Source of the DNA: Eledone cirrhosa
Lineage: Eukaryota
DNA: 64,000 nucleotides
NCBI GenBank assembly: GCA_964016885.1
Contig: OZ024744.1
Location: 102,114,001-102,178,000 of the forward strand
Direction: 5' to 3'
Part shown: piece by piece, positions 37,101 through 51,726 of the stretch
How positions within the stretch are numbered: position 1 is the stretch's first letter
Layout: each line of letters opens with the position of its first letter
Program-made: the position numbers and the translations under genes
The notes under the pieces: model-generated
What the model was told of the DNA's origin: nothing
What the model saw: the letters and a program-made list of their open reading frames with translations, nothing else
Database searches by the model: none

Positions 37101-40100
37101 CATGGTAGATTTTTTTTTGAGACCTACAAAATAGCATCTTCGACACTAGGAAATATGATACCTAATTCAGTAAACAGTTGTAAAGTATGAATAGTAAATG
37201 TGTCATTCTCAAAAGGATAGATACTTACTTTTAGTCCTATTAGTGACTCTATTGATCTTTTTCTAACATTTAACAACCCTTTTACAAGGGAAACCTTTGT
37301 TGTTATCATCATCATCATTATCACTTTATGACAAATTTCCATTCTGGATGTAAAATGGTAACATTCTTGCCTGAAAAGGTACTTTTTAAAACTTATTTAT
37401 TCATCCTTGTTTTGTCAGTTTTTTTCATACGGTTATGAGTCGGACAGATCTATTGTAAAGCATATTGTCAATCAAGTAAGTCTGTTGTAAAGTATATTGT
37501 CAATCTAGTAAGTCTGTTGTAAAGTATATTGTCAATCTAGTAAGTCTGTTGTAAAGCATATTGTCAATCAAGTAAGTCTGTTGTAAAGTATATTGTCAAT
37601 CTAGTCTGTTGTAAAGTATATTGTCAATCTAGTATGTTGTAAAGTATATTGTCAATTTAGTAAGTCTGTTGTAAAGTATATGGTCAATCTAGTCTGTTGT
37701 AAAGTATATTGTCAATCAAGTAAGTCTGTTGTAAAGTATATTGTCAATCTAGTCTGTTGTAAAGTATATTGTCAATCTAGTATGTTGTAAAGTATATTGT
37801 CAATTTAGTAAGTCTGTTGTAAAGTATATGGTCAATCTAGTCTGTTGTAAAGTATATTGTCAATCAAGTAAGTCTGTTGTAAAGTATATTGTCAATCTAG
37901 TCTGTTGTAAAGTATATTGTCAATCAAGTAAGTCTGTTGTAAAGTATATTGTCAATCTAGTCTGTTGTAAAGTATATTGTCAATCTAGTCTGTTGTAAAG
38001 TATATTGTCAATCTAGTATGTTGTAAAGTATATTGTCAATCTAGTATGTTGTAAAGTATATTGTCAATTTAGTCTGTTGTAAAGTATATTGTCAATCTAG
38101 TATGTTGTAAAGTATATTGTCAATCTAGTCTGTTGTAAAGTATGTCAATCTAGTCTGTTGTAAAGTATATTGTCAATCTAGTCTGTTGTAAAGTATATTG
38201 TCAATATGGTCAATCTAGTCTGTTGTAAAGTATCTGGTCAGTCTAATCTGTTGCAAAGTATATTGTCAATCTAGTCTGTTGTAAAGTATATTGTCAATTT
38301 AGTAAGTCTGTTGTAAAGTATATTGTCAATATGGTCAATCTAGTCTGTTGTAAAGTATATCATCAGTCATGTCAGTCTGTTGTTGATCAAGTATATTACC
38401 TCGTCTTTGAGGCCTAGCATACTCAGCTCTAACTATTCTTTTGTACCTATAATCATTCTCAACATGTTTCCTCACATAGTCCAGATAACTTTTCACCCAG
38501 CACACATACCCTTACCATCTTTCCTCTCTCTCATGCATTCTTTGGTTGATAAGCTTTAATGTTGCACCTTTCACGTAGAATATCATGACACATCAATGTG
38601 TTATGTTCATTTCATTTCTCTTGAATCTCCAGTTCATTCACATTTAATACCTCAGCCTCAGTACTATGTCACCTCACCCACACACAATTCATATGGTCTA
38701 TTTCATAGAAATTCTTTGTTGCTAACAGAAGCAATATGTCCGTTACTTCACTCCTTTGTTATTTTATTAAGTTTTTATTATTTAATTGATATATGCTTAT
38801 ACTGTTATTGTAATCATTTTGATATTAAACCGGCCATTTCCAGTCAGAATTCTTTCACCTCTTTCTGTTCAAACCGGCCATAAAAAGCCCCTCATACTGA
38901 TATTAATGTATTCTCAAAATAAATAACATCTAAATCTCATAAATTCAATAATAGTATGTGAAATAATTATGTAAGGTAAAGCCTTGACTGCGAAAATACA
39001 ATAGTAAATATAGAGTAATGAATGCTAAAGTGTTAATCCTTTTGATATTAAACCACCTGAAATTGCACCTCATTTTATCGTATGAAGTTTTTTATCTTTA
39101 AGTGTTTATTTATCTAAAAACCTTTACTCATAATTTTATGAAGGAACCTTTGGTAAGTTATGTTCCAAACACCAGCTTTATAATGACAAAATTTGTTATA
39201 TTATATAGATCTCTCCAAATTCTTCATTATTTTCTAAACTAATGGAGAATCATAGGAAATGGCTTTTAATGGAATTTAACTATTTCAGGATCTCAGAAAA
39301 AAGAATTGGAAAGCAATGGAAGCTTTAAATGATGCTGAAGTAAGTCATTTAAAATATCTCCCTTGAATTCATTATTAACATCTTAACTATAATAAAGTAA
39401 GGAGTGCGGGACTGTGTCCAGAATATATTTTTTTACCCCGTTTGTAAAATAAGTTGGATTACTTTGAATAAATAATGAATGAATATTTTTTTTTTTTTTT
39501 TTTTTTTGCACAAGGCCAGATATTACCCAATGCATTACTGGTACTTTAATGTTAAAAAGAATTATTAGCATAATTTCAAGAAACCATTTGTAAAACATTA
39601 TTTCTCATACATTACTAGTTATAACCACACCAATTGCATGATTAATTCAATTTGAAAGTGTAATTAATATTTTAAATTGTTTTTAAAAAATATATTTTTA
39701 AAATGGTGAAAATGATTAGTTCTGACCATTCTCATTTTGTTTTTCAGGTGCAGGCTACTGATTCTCTCACACGTGATAGAACAGTAATACAAAGTATTTT
39801 CCCAAGTGTAACTGTTGATAAATCATTGGTAAGCTTTTGACTTGTAAATACATTTAATTTATCTAAACTCGGTAGAACAAAAAGTCAATTATTTTATATA
39901 TATTCAGCATGAATTATTAGATTAGGCATGGGCAACCTTTTACAAGCAGTGGGCTGCACAGGATGTCTCATAAGGTGGGCTGCACTATTAAACAATTCAA
40001 GGCAATTTTAAAATTAAATGGGCCATTCAGAAAGTCAAATGGGCCACATGTGGCTCATGGGCCGTGGTTTGCTCACGACTGTAATAGATAACTTTTTTAA

Positions 40101-43100
40101 AAACTGTTCTTTTTTTTAACATGTAACAGTGACCTAGAATTTTACTTTTCACTGCACACATTAAATCTTTGTTTCTTTAACTTCTCTTTTCAGGAACATA
40201 CTGTTTGGATGAAGACATTTGAACAAAAAGCTATTGAATTCTTAAAATCTAAAGTAATTATTAAAATAACGTTTTCTAATCATCCTAAAGAAATTTTACC
40301 TCTAAACCAGAGCTTGCCAAATTCTTCACATTAACAACACCCGTTTTAAAAATAAAATTTCCTCCTGTCATATTAAGGTTTGTTAGTGACACAAAACTAG
40401 TAAATAATTGAATATAGAATATATCATGAAAATACAGTTTAATAGAGAAAGAATGGATGGAAAATAGGAAAATATAAAGGGGAAAAAGGAGGGAATGGCA
40501 AGGATTCTAGTGTCAAAGAAGAATGGATGGGGGGGGGGTATTGGTCTCTGGTCCTAGCGCGCAGCGGTAAATGGGGCTGTGCCCTGCGAACAAGATCGCA
40601 AAAGCATTCCCGTGGACAATGGCCAATGACACCTGCTGCAACAGCCACCCTACCTCGCAGGGCTCTTTCTTTAGATGGGCTGTTGACGTTCTGATCTTGC
40701 GGAGGAGCTCAGAGTACGAGGTCCAAGTTTGCCTGAGGTTTCGACAGCGACTGGTGCGAAATATCACATGTCATTTAGTCCTGTGTCGTCTTATTCTATG
40801 CAGAGTTGCAGCCAAATATATTCATGAAAATTTATCAAATTTGACTTAATTCATGACACAACACACCTAGAAATTATTGGGAACATACAATCTCCTCTAT
40901 ACCTGTCAAAAGAAATTTAATTTTAATGTTAAAAAAAAAAATCATTTTGTAAAACAAAATAATTTGCTTTATAATAAATCTCTTTTTCAGGCTGATGAAC
41001 CAGTTTCTAATCTGGAAGAAATGTCAATAAATGTAGAATTATTCAAACAAAAGCTTGATGATGCTATGAAAGAATCATCACAATTAGCTGCACAATTAAA
41101 ATCTGAGAAAGATCTTCAAATAAAAATATCTGATAACTTAAAAGAATCAGAAAATAATGTAAGTTTTGGTTGATTTATTATACCTATCATCCTTCTTGCC
41201 TCCCCGTATACAATAAAGAGGGCCCTTCAATCAAGTCTGACCAACAAACCCTCTTAGTGCTGGTGCCACAGTACAACACACTCAGCACATTGTTAAATGG
41301 TTGGTGTTAGAAAGGATTTTCAGCTGTAGAAAAACCATGCTAGAAAAAGGTTGGAAGGACTCTTCAGCTGTGTTAAGAGCACGACAACCACTCTAATGTT
41401 GGTAACCTACACAATAAATGCACCCAGTACACCCTGTGATGTGGTTAGTGATAAGGGTATCCCAGACAGAAAATTTGCCAAACAAAGGGTTGGGCAGCCT
41501 CTTTAGCTGTGTCAAAGGTATGACAACCTCCCTAGTGATGGTGCCACTTGGTAAAGTGCAGGAACATATTTTAAGCAAGATGCAGGCCCACAGTCCACCT
41601 GAGTGGTCAGTAGCTCTGATTAAAAGGTATTGATTTGGTTTGTGATGACCTGTCCCATTCTTACTAGCAAGGAAAGCTGACATTAGATAATGAAACTTTT
41701 CTCAAAGACAGCCCATATATAAGTTCTAGGTGTTTGTGCATGTACATACTTTTGTGTTTAAATACACAAGACATGATATTATGGTTGTGTAGTACCACTA
41801 ACATTACTGGTATATAATCATTTCTGACAGTGTTGAGTTCTGCCTTCCTTTCTTTTGATTAGATCCTCCAGTTTATAGTGAAGTTTCCTAAGTTAACCCT
41901 TTAGCATTTAAACTGGCTGTGTCCGGCCAGAATTCTCTCACCTCTGTTTAAACCAGCCGAAACTAGCTGTTCATACTTATGTTAAGGTATTGTTCTCAAA
42001 TAAATATCAAAATCTAATAGATTCAATATTATGTGAGGTAAAGCCTTTACTGTGAAAATATAGTAAATATAGAGTAATGTGAATGCTGAAGGGTTAATTG
42101 AGGAAAGTATATTATATTACCTCATCTGTGATCATTCTCTTCTACATTTCCTTCAGTGTTCACATAATTTTCACCCAGCACACATGCCCTTATCATTGGA
42201 ATTTGAAGTGTGTACAAAATGTTTCATCTAAAGCCAAAGTTTCTCTTTGAGTTTCTTTGCAATCAGTTATGAAATGATTGATGAAAGACTTATGCTTTAA
42301 TTAAGTCATTAAAATCATTGCCAGCACTGTTTAACATCTATTCTCCTTTCAATCATCTCTATATTTCATCTACCTATCACCCACCTCACAGCTTTGCTTC
42401 TCTCTTTACCAACCACTGACCACTGATTTCTGACCTCTGAGCTATTTTTACTCAACTTACATGCTGTCATAGATGCTATTGGGTTGTTTTAACGGCTAGT
42501 CTTACATTGAGTTTTCTCATTTTTCTATGAATATCTATTCTTAAATTTCACATGAATTTCTTTTGGCTAGAAGGTCAAGCATATCCTACTGATACATACA
42601 TATCTTTATTTTCAGTTTATAGAGTTACAGTCAACTTATGAAGGAAAATTAACAGAATTGACTGATGAATTGGTGAAACAAAAGAATAAATATTTAGAGA
42701 TTCAAAAATTGTATGAAGCATTACAGTCAGATTCACAACTTATTGAGGCTGAAAATAATCAAGAATTAAAAGAACAAGTTAATTCTTTTAACAGTCGGTT
42801 AGATGAAGCAGCCGAAGAAAAAAATAAATTAGAATCAAAACTCAAAGAATACCAAAATCTATTGTTAACCACTGTAAGTTGTTTTGTTTTAAATTCTATA
42901 TGTTTTCTTGATAGCATGCATTGTTCACTTCTCTGTAATTATGCAACAAATTGGCAGTCGTTAACCCTTTCATGACCATATTTCTAATGAAATAACACTA
43001 TTTTAATTAGATAATGAAGAATTTCGAGGGATTTATTAAAATCATTAATTATTTCATTACTGAGATAGTAAATTAATGTAAGGTTGTTATAGAAAATTAT

Positions 43101-44718
43101 GTTTACAGATATAAATTGGAGACCTTTAAAATGTGTGGTTTTATTTCACAGAACTAGACTCGGTTTTGGCCGGGTTGGTAATTAAAGGGTTAAAGCCTTG
43201 CAATATTTGTTCTAGCTCTCTGAATTCAAATCCTTCCATGGTTAACTTTACTTTTTATCCTCTTGAGATTTATAAAATGACGTACCAGTACAAGGTTATG
43301 AATTAGTGAAATTGTTAGTACATCAGACAAGGTGCTTTGCTGTATTTGTTCTGTTCCTTTGCATTCTGAGTTCAAATCCCACTGTGACCTACTTGGATGG
43401 TAGACTTAATCATTCACCCAGTTTAACACCACTCTCTTGTCTATGGGTGGCTTTAGCAGAGTCCACTTTGTTGCAAGCATGCAGGCTAGGTCTCCATCCT
43501 CTCTCTCCTATCAATCTTAGAGACCCTGAAAAAGTTAATGGGCCTTGTCCCGCTCTCCCACAAGTCTCAGAAGCCCTGGAAAGAGTAATCGGCTCTGTCT
43601 CTCTCTCTCTCCTACCAATGTCAGAAGCCCTGGAAAAGGTCGTGGGCTCTGTCACAAGCCTCAGAGGTCTTGAAAAGGGTCGTGACCCCTGTCCCTCTCT
43701 CCTACAAGTCTGAGGCCCTGAAAAGGGTCATGGGCCCTGTCTCAGAGGCCCTGGCAACATTCCTGGGCACTGTCCCCCTCTCCCAGATATGCATTGTTGG
43801 AATATTTTAGATACAATTAAGTGGAGGAAAAAATATCTGAATTGTTGGCTTAGCAACAAAGGAGAATTAATTATAAGTTCTTCGTCGACTTGTGTGTTTT
43901 GTTGTTGTAAGGGTCATTATAAATGCTGCTCCTGTCTAACTTTTCCTCCTAAAATAGCAACAAGGGTCGTTAACTAAGACACTCTACTGTTTTCCTTCAG
44001 TTATATAACCTTAGAAAACAAAATGGACTGGTATTATATTCTGGGTGTGTTTGTTTTTTTGTTTTTTATTTGGATAATGTGACTATTCAAAGAATCATAA
44101 ATTTATTGAATGTGGATAAAATATATTTTTCTCAAGAATATTGGATTAGAGAAACGTATTGCATTAATTTTTTTAAAGGTAACTGTTATAAACGTGACAT
44201 ATTCATTTCTAAAGGGACTAGCTCGCAAGTTATGAACATAAACAATCATGGAATGTTTGTCTTTTATAACCCAGGCATTGATACTCGGGGCTGTTCAGTT
44301 AGATTTGTTGAGCTCATCATGATGTTACAGACCTATGACATATCTCGCTATCAATAGGTTCAATAGAATAATACTCTGACTGAAAGTATTGGAAGTTCAT
44401 AGCATGAAAAATCAGATGAAAGATACACTGCATATAACCAAGTACAATAGGAGCAGTTAATATAAATATAAAGGCTACCTTCAGTCATGAATGACCAGAG
44501 GTTAGCACCTGGAAAATTCTTCTCCAGGGCTCAAGCCCGGGCAAAGAGTGTTGTGTATGCCTGTCTCTCTTCTTTACACTACCAATATTGCCAAAGGCAA
44601 AGGCGAAAACAGCTTGGCGCCAGTGTCATATATATTATATATATATATCATTATCATCATACGTCTGCTTTTCCCTGCTTGCAAGGGTGGGACGGGCTAG
44701 ATCCAAACTGTCTTTTCC

Positions 44719-44750
<32 letters not shown>

Positions 44751-44898
44751 GGAAAAGACAGTTCGGATCTAGCTGTCGAAACGGCTGGAGCTCAGCCGTT
44801 GGGGTCCTGACTCTTTTCCTATTACCCACTCTACTACTCTAAGTATTGAGTACTCTGGTGCATTATGGTCCACCTGGTATATTACCACACCCTCTTTG

Positions 44899-44954
<56 letters not shown>

Positions 44955-46736
44955 TTCCCGTATGAGCACGGCATGGTCAACCGACCGGACACTGCCCACA
45001 ACAGGACAACCCGTCTAACCCATGCTAGCATGGAGGAATGGACGTAAAACAGTGGTGATGATGATAGATATATATATATATATATCTGTTAGACATGCAA
45101 TGACTAACAGAATGTTTTAAGTCTGCATGTCTGACATATATGCGTAGCTTGTGAATAAAAAATTCAAGGGATTTCGCTGGCCGTGGTGATCCCTGCCAAA
45201 CATCTTTTGTAATGTATTGGCTAATGAACCAATGAAAGTAATTGTTGCTCAAAAGCATCCGCCACTTTGTTTGCACGTTTATTTATCATCAAAATATTTT
45301 TCTTGTTTTGGTAAGTTATATTGTTAATTTATAAAAAAATTTTTTAATTTATATTAACTATTTTTTTTTTTCAGATCGTTATAACATGCTTATAATATTG
45401 GTTGTATCATATTTACTTGTATATTTGTCCATATTATTGTTCGTTTTATGTTAGATTATTTTATTATTATTAGATTTTTTTTTTTTATTATTATGTTAGT
45501 AATTGTTATAGTTGAATTAATAAAAATTAAATATTACATACAAATAGTCTATGTAAAATATATTTATTTAATATTGATTGTTTTTTGTAGTTGTTTATAT
45601 TAAAAGTCTGAAAATATTTTTATACATCTTACAATAATATTTATAAAATAACAATTATATAATCTAATTACATTGCAACGATAATTTATTATTAATATAT
45701 ATCATGTTTAACTAGTCATTACAAGCGTTGCCTTAAAAAAATATTAAACTAGACCTGAAAAATGCGCAAGCTCAAAAGAGCCACAGAATGTTATAAACCT
45801 TCAAAAGTGTGGGACTAGAGTTGTTGCTCAAAAATATTGTAATCATTATCTATCGTACACTCTGTGGCATCCTTTTATAAAAAAGAGACTTATAACGAAC
45901 TCAAGACGACACAATAATTATTTAAGTGAATTTATAATATAGAATTCGGTTTAAGTGCATTTCATATTAATCATTACTAAACATCTAATATGAGATATTG
46001 AACATTAGCTTAAATAATTATCGTATCGTCTTGAGTTCGTTATGAGTCTCTTTTTTATAAAAGGATGCCACATTGTACGATAGATAATGATTACAATATT
46101 TTTGAGCAACAACTCTAGTCCCACACTTTTGAAGGTTTATTATAACATTCTGTCGCTCTTTTGAGCTTGCGCATTTTTCAGGTCTAGTATATATACTGTA
46201 TATAATGTCCAAGGCAAAGACCAATGCAACTTGGCACCAGTGTTATTTCATGTCATATATACACTATATATGATGTTGTCCAGCTTGGCACAAGTGTTGT
46301 CACAACTCTTTTTTGTGAGCTGAATGGACAAGAGCAATGTGAAATAAAGCTGTTACTTTACATAAAAGAATATTGAATTATTCTATGGTTTGATTTGTTG
46401 TTTTTATGAGTATTTTAATATATGCAGGATGAAAAATTACAATTACTTCAAAAAAGTGTTGAAGAAGAAGAAAAAAAGTGGAAATGTGCTTTATCAGAGG
46501 TTTGTATATATTTGTTTTATTATTTGTTTCTAAAAAAAGAAACAATTTTCTGTCCTAATAAAATATTGAAAAAGTATCTGATATTGGGGGTTTCAATTGC
46601 CTTTGAAGTAGGCCCCTTGTGTCTCCACATAATTAGCCCAGTGATCTTGGTACTGTTTGAAGCATGTCTGGAATACTTCTATCAGAATAGCTCTGTTCTG
46701 CTGACACAGTTCAAATAATGTCCTCCCAACTTTCAA

Positions 46737-46768
<32 letters not shown>

Positions 46769-49700
46769 GGGGCCTTTCACAGACACCTTCAGTTTTGGGA
46801 AACAACCAGAAATCAGGAGAAGCCATAACTGGAAAGCATGGATCCTTCAGAATGAACAAAATGTCTTTCTTTGGATCAGCTGCAAGAAATGAGCCTGGGA
46901 TGTTGACATGATGCAGCGGCCGGTTTTGGTCTCTTTTCACTGATCTGCATCACAATGATGGATGCCTTCCTCATAGTACACCTTTGTAATTGTTTGTCTT
47001 TCTGGTGTATATTTCTGATACACAACACCTTGGTAATTGAAGAAAACTGCATCACTTTGATTTTGCTCCACACCTGACATGTTTTCTATTGTGATGACTG
47101 AGATTTGGTTTCCAGCTTGTAACTGAACAGCCATGTGACATCTCCAGTTATTAACGGTGTTAAGAAACTTGGAATCCTTGTTGACAGTATCGGGTGAAAT
47201 AAAACTGTGATAAGTTAGTAATACAGTACTTTACATACCGGTTACTTGACAACTGATGCCTCCAGTGAACTCCCTAAAACTGACACCACACATGTACATA
47301 AATGTATGCTACTCCACACATGTACATAAATATATGCTACTCTACACCACACATATACATAAATGTATGTTACTCCACAATACACACTTTTGTCTCCCTA
47401 AAGTCATTACTTCTCACTGAAAAAAAAATTATTCAGAAACTTTTTCAACAGACATTGTATATTTTTTTGTCACTTGTTTAATATTTCTTTTACTCAATAA
47501 ACAAAATAATCAGTAGCTTATTGTATTAATATTCTCTATTTTTAGGCAGAGAATGAGATACAAGTCTTAAAAGAAAAACAAACGGTAAGTAAACAGACCG
47601 TGGACACATTCTTTGAATTACAATTCTTCTTTACTGTGTGAATTGGAGAAATATAAATATGCCTAATGCCTCTCTCAAAACTTTCATTTTTTTAAATGTT
47701 TTAACATCAGCTTTCCCTGTTAGCAAGGGTTGGATGGGTCTATATATGCCAAATCAGTACTGAAGCGGAGCCACTGATCTTCCTGGCAGGCCAAAAACCT
47801 GTCTCTCACTGATGTATGGTCTCATGTTCCACCAAATGCTCAGGAGAGGTTGTCGGGCCTTTTTCACAACTGTGGGTCCTCCCAACCCTTTATTTGACAA
47901 AATTTCTACAGCTGGATGCTCTTCCTATCACCAACCACTTTACAGTGTGTACTGGATGTATTTATCATGTAGATCACAAATAGTTATTCTGCAAATTCTT
48001 AGTTTTATATAGTATATGCTCAAATTATAACTATTAGATCTGATCTGATTTAGCTGAAGATGCTCATTGGAAAATAGTGTTCACGCACAATGACCTGTTG
48101 ATGTTAGTATATTGCAGACCTATCCAACCCATGCTGTCATGTAAAACTAGTTATCATACTGATTGTATTCATTGTTTTCCTTCTACCATTTATTTATTTT
48201 ATACTTTGTAAATGTGGTTGGTGTTAGGAAGGGCATCCAGCCGTAGAAAACCTGCCAGATAGTCCTATACGAGCAAGACACGGTCACCCAACCAATCTTG
48301 CCTCAAATGGGACAACTCCCATCTAACCCATGCTAGCGTGGAAGATAAGCGTTAAACGATGATGATGATAATGATGATTTGGGTGTTCCTGCAAAATTAT
48401 GTTTGTAATTTTGTTTTTCATGTTTTGTAAATTAATTTTACACCCATCTTATATTTATAGTCATTACAATACGTAGAAACACAAGTAAGTGAACAGCAAA
48501 CCTTAATTGAAGAAGACCTAAGAAAAAACCAAGATCTAGCACAAACTATAGTAAAGCTTAATGGAATTATCAAGACTGGACAAGATGCATTAGCTCAAGA
48601 GCAAAAACTAGTTGAAACTTTAAAACAAGAATTATCCGGGAAGGTAAGTTAATATGTTAATTTAAGCCAAGGAATATGCGACTGAAAAATCAATGGTAAA
48701 ATGGTAGGGTTGGCTTATATACAGTATCGAAACAATGTGTTGATTAGCTGCCTCGGTTTATAAATGGGGGTTTGGATTTTTGCCCATTTCTCAGACATAA
48801 AATGGGGGAGGGGTTCTTTATATTCGAGTATATACAGTACTATATTATTATTTTCCTTTAAAAATTCCCGAATGTTTGTTTTCTTAAGTTTTCTACATTC
48901 CATTATAAATGGAATGCTTTATATTTTACTAGTAGCTTACAAATTATATTGAATAATGTGAAATTTTGTGTTAATTCACATTTTCTCATTTGTTCTTTTA
49001 GAATTCACCGGAATCAAATAATCGATCACAGGAAATAGACCAGGTAAGTTTGTGTTTACCATTTTATTCTATGATGCTTCTCTTTGTCTAGCTAAAATAA
49101 TAACAGATCAGTACTAATTGTATTAATTTTATTAACACATAAATGTTGTTATAACTTTTGATCTTGGGTTTGGAGATTACATTGACTTTGTTCAATAGCT
49201 AAAACAGTTTCCATTGGATATTCAATTTAGAGTTTGTATAGAATGATAGTTTTCATTGGATACTCAATTTAAGGCAGAGATTCTCAAAGTAGCTGCCACG
49301 ACTCCCCAGGGGGCAGTGTGTGGAGAGGATAGAGATGGAATAATATATTAAATATCAAATTATACATATATAAATATAGTAAAATATAAAATACATATTT
49401 ATTTATACATAATATATATTGTACTATTTATTATATATATATATTAACGGTTTTATTTACTATATATTATTTACAATTGCGTTAGGCAGCTCTCTGGAAA
49501 TGGGTGGGGAGCACCGAGAGTATTGTGTGGCTGTGTGGGAGGCGGTGACCCAAAAAGTTTGAGAACCTCTGATTTAGAGCTTGCATACAACAATAGTTTT
49601 CCTAGTATGATTTGAGTATATTTAGTGACTTCTTTAACTCTTAACATCCTGTGATATTTTAGCAGAAAATATCTTTAAAAAGATATTTTGTTATTTCAAA

Positions 49701-51693
49701 TGTTTATAGAATCTTTATTAGTGCACAGATTGTTGTGAAAATTTGCATTAAACTAAACAAACTAATCTAAAGTTATATATCAAAATGTTGGTGAATAATC
49801 TTTATATTATTATTAGAAAGATAACCAGAATAGTTTTAAACATGGTTAATAAATCTATAAAGTTATGGTTTCTTTTTACCTACCTTTACTAACTAGGCAG
49901 TTGTTTGTCAGTCCATTAATTTGTTGTAGATTCTTTCTTTCTAAACTACCAACTTCATTTATTTTGGTGTCATCATTGTTTTGTCTGAATGTAGGTCACT
50001 TTGCTCCCCATACCATGTTGAAACTAATTATCAAGTGGGTTGGGGCTTGAGTAAATATCCCTCCCAATTCGGGAGCCAGCTGGATTGTTCAGAGTTGATA
50101 GGAAGATGATAGATGATAGATGGTCTTACTCTTTGTTACTGGGTAAGAGGTAGATGTCTTAATTAGTATGCCATAGTTAATGACATGTTTGCTCCTTCCT
50201 ACATCTTTGATGCAGATGCAACAGCAAAGGAGTTATTGGACAAACTATTTTTTCCAGGTGTAGCATTCAAGACGCTTAAGGGAGCGAGACCTTTGACAAA
50301 GTTCTTGTCATTGTTGGCGGCTTACTTTACCAATGTACCAAATGATGCCCAGTAGGGTGCATATTTAGTCCAGTGTTTTAGCCACACTATCACCCCTGGA
50401 AATGTTGTGAGTCTGTTGGCATGCTCCAGGCATTATTAGAGGGAGCTCCAACACCCTCTTGTTGTGGTGTGTCATTGAGTGGGAATGTCTTGTCTTCTTT
50501 TTTTCCTTTTCCTTTTTTTTTTTTCTAAAGTTTTTATCACTTTCATTAGTTTCTTGCAAGCCTGTGATATCCTCTTTTTCCAGCTAGGTTTAATTAGGCA
50601 GTCATTGAATTTTCATAATTCAAAAAAATCTTTTAATGTATTTCCTTTACATGCTATATAATAATTTTAATTCGAAACAAAGGAAGTATGTTTTGGAACA
50701 CGGTGAGTGAAGTTTAGAATAGAAATAGAAGCTTCACTGTAACATTGACTATATAATATAGTCTAATCATTCTTCATATTTGTTTTTTGTTTGTTTTTTT
50801 TTTTGTTCCTCAAATAAATACTGCTGTGTAACCCTTTAGTTACCAACACACCAAAAACCAGCTCTGGTTCTATGAAATAAAACCACCCATTTAAAAAGTT
50901 TCCAATTTAAATTAAAATCTTCCAAAATAATTTTATATGAGAACCCTACATTAAGTTACTATCTTAGAAATGAAATAATTAATAATTTTAGTAAAAGTCT
51001 TAATAGATTAATTATAATAGTGTATTTCATTAGAATGCAGTCATGAAAGCGTTAAAGCACATAAAATTACGATTTTATTTAGTTTCTTCTCTATGGGAAA
51101 TTTTGTGCATTTCCTCAGAACATAAATTACTCTAGCAATATTTAACCATTTACCATTTACATTATTTTCTATTTACTATTGTATTTTCGCAGTAAAGGCT
51201 TTATCTTACATAATTATCTCGCATATCAAATCTACAAGATTTTGATGTTATTTATTTTGAGAACAATACCTTAATGTCGGTTTGAGTGGCCAGTTACAGC
51301 TGGTTTGAACAGAGAGGTGAGAGAGTTCTGGCCAGATATGGCTGGTTTAAATGTTAAAGAGTTAGCAGTATCAAAATATAAGTGTTAATCATCTCCAAAA
51401 GAAACTTTACTCTTAAAATCTTGCCACCACAAGGAAATTTCGAAGAAATTCATTCTACAGCAATATCAATGAGAATGGGTTTACTCTTCAGAGTTTTAGA
51501 ATAGTTTGGCTATAAAAAGAGTGCCTTGTATAGCTATACATTTCAGTGTAGGACTTACTATAGCACATTAAAATTCATAATCATTTTTCACAGCAACTAT
51601 ATGCAGCAGACCTTTAAGTCACCATCATCTTGTAGTAACTTCTTTTTATGACCACAATCAACCTTACTCATTTGATAACAGTTAATTCTATTC

Positions 51694-51726
<33 letters not shown>

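Noticed and set aside
48052-48080. CTGAAGA...GAAA hammerhead candidate
   Set aside because: No convincing helix II or III pairing.
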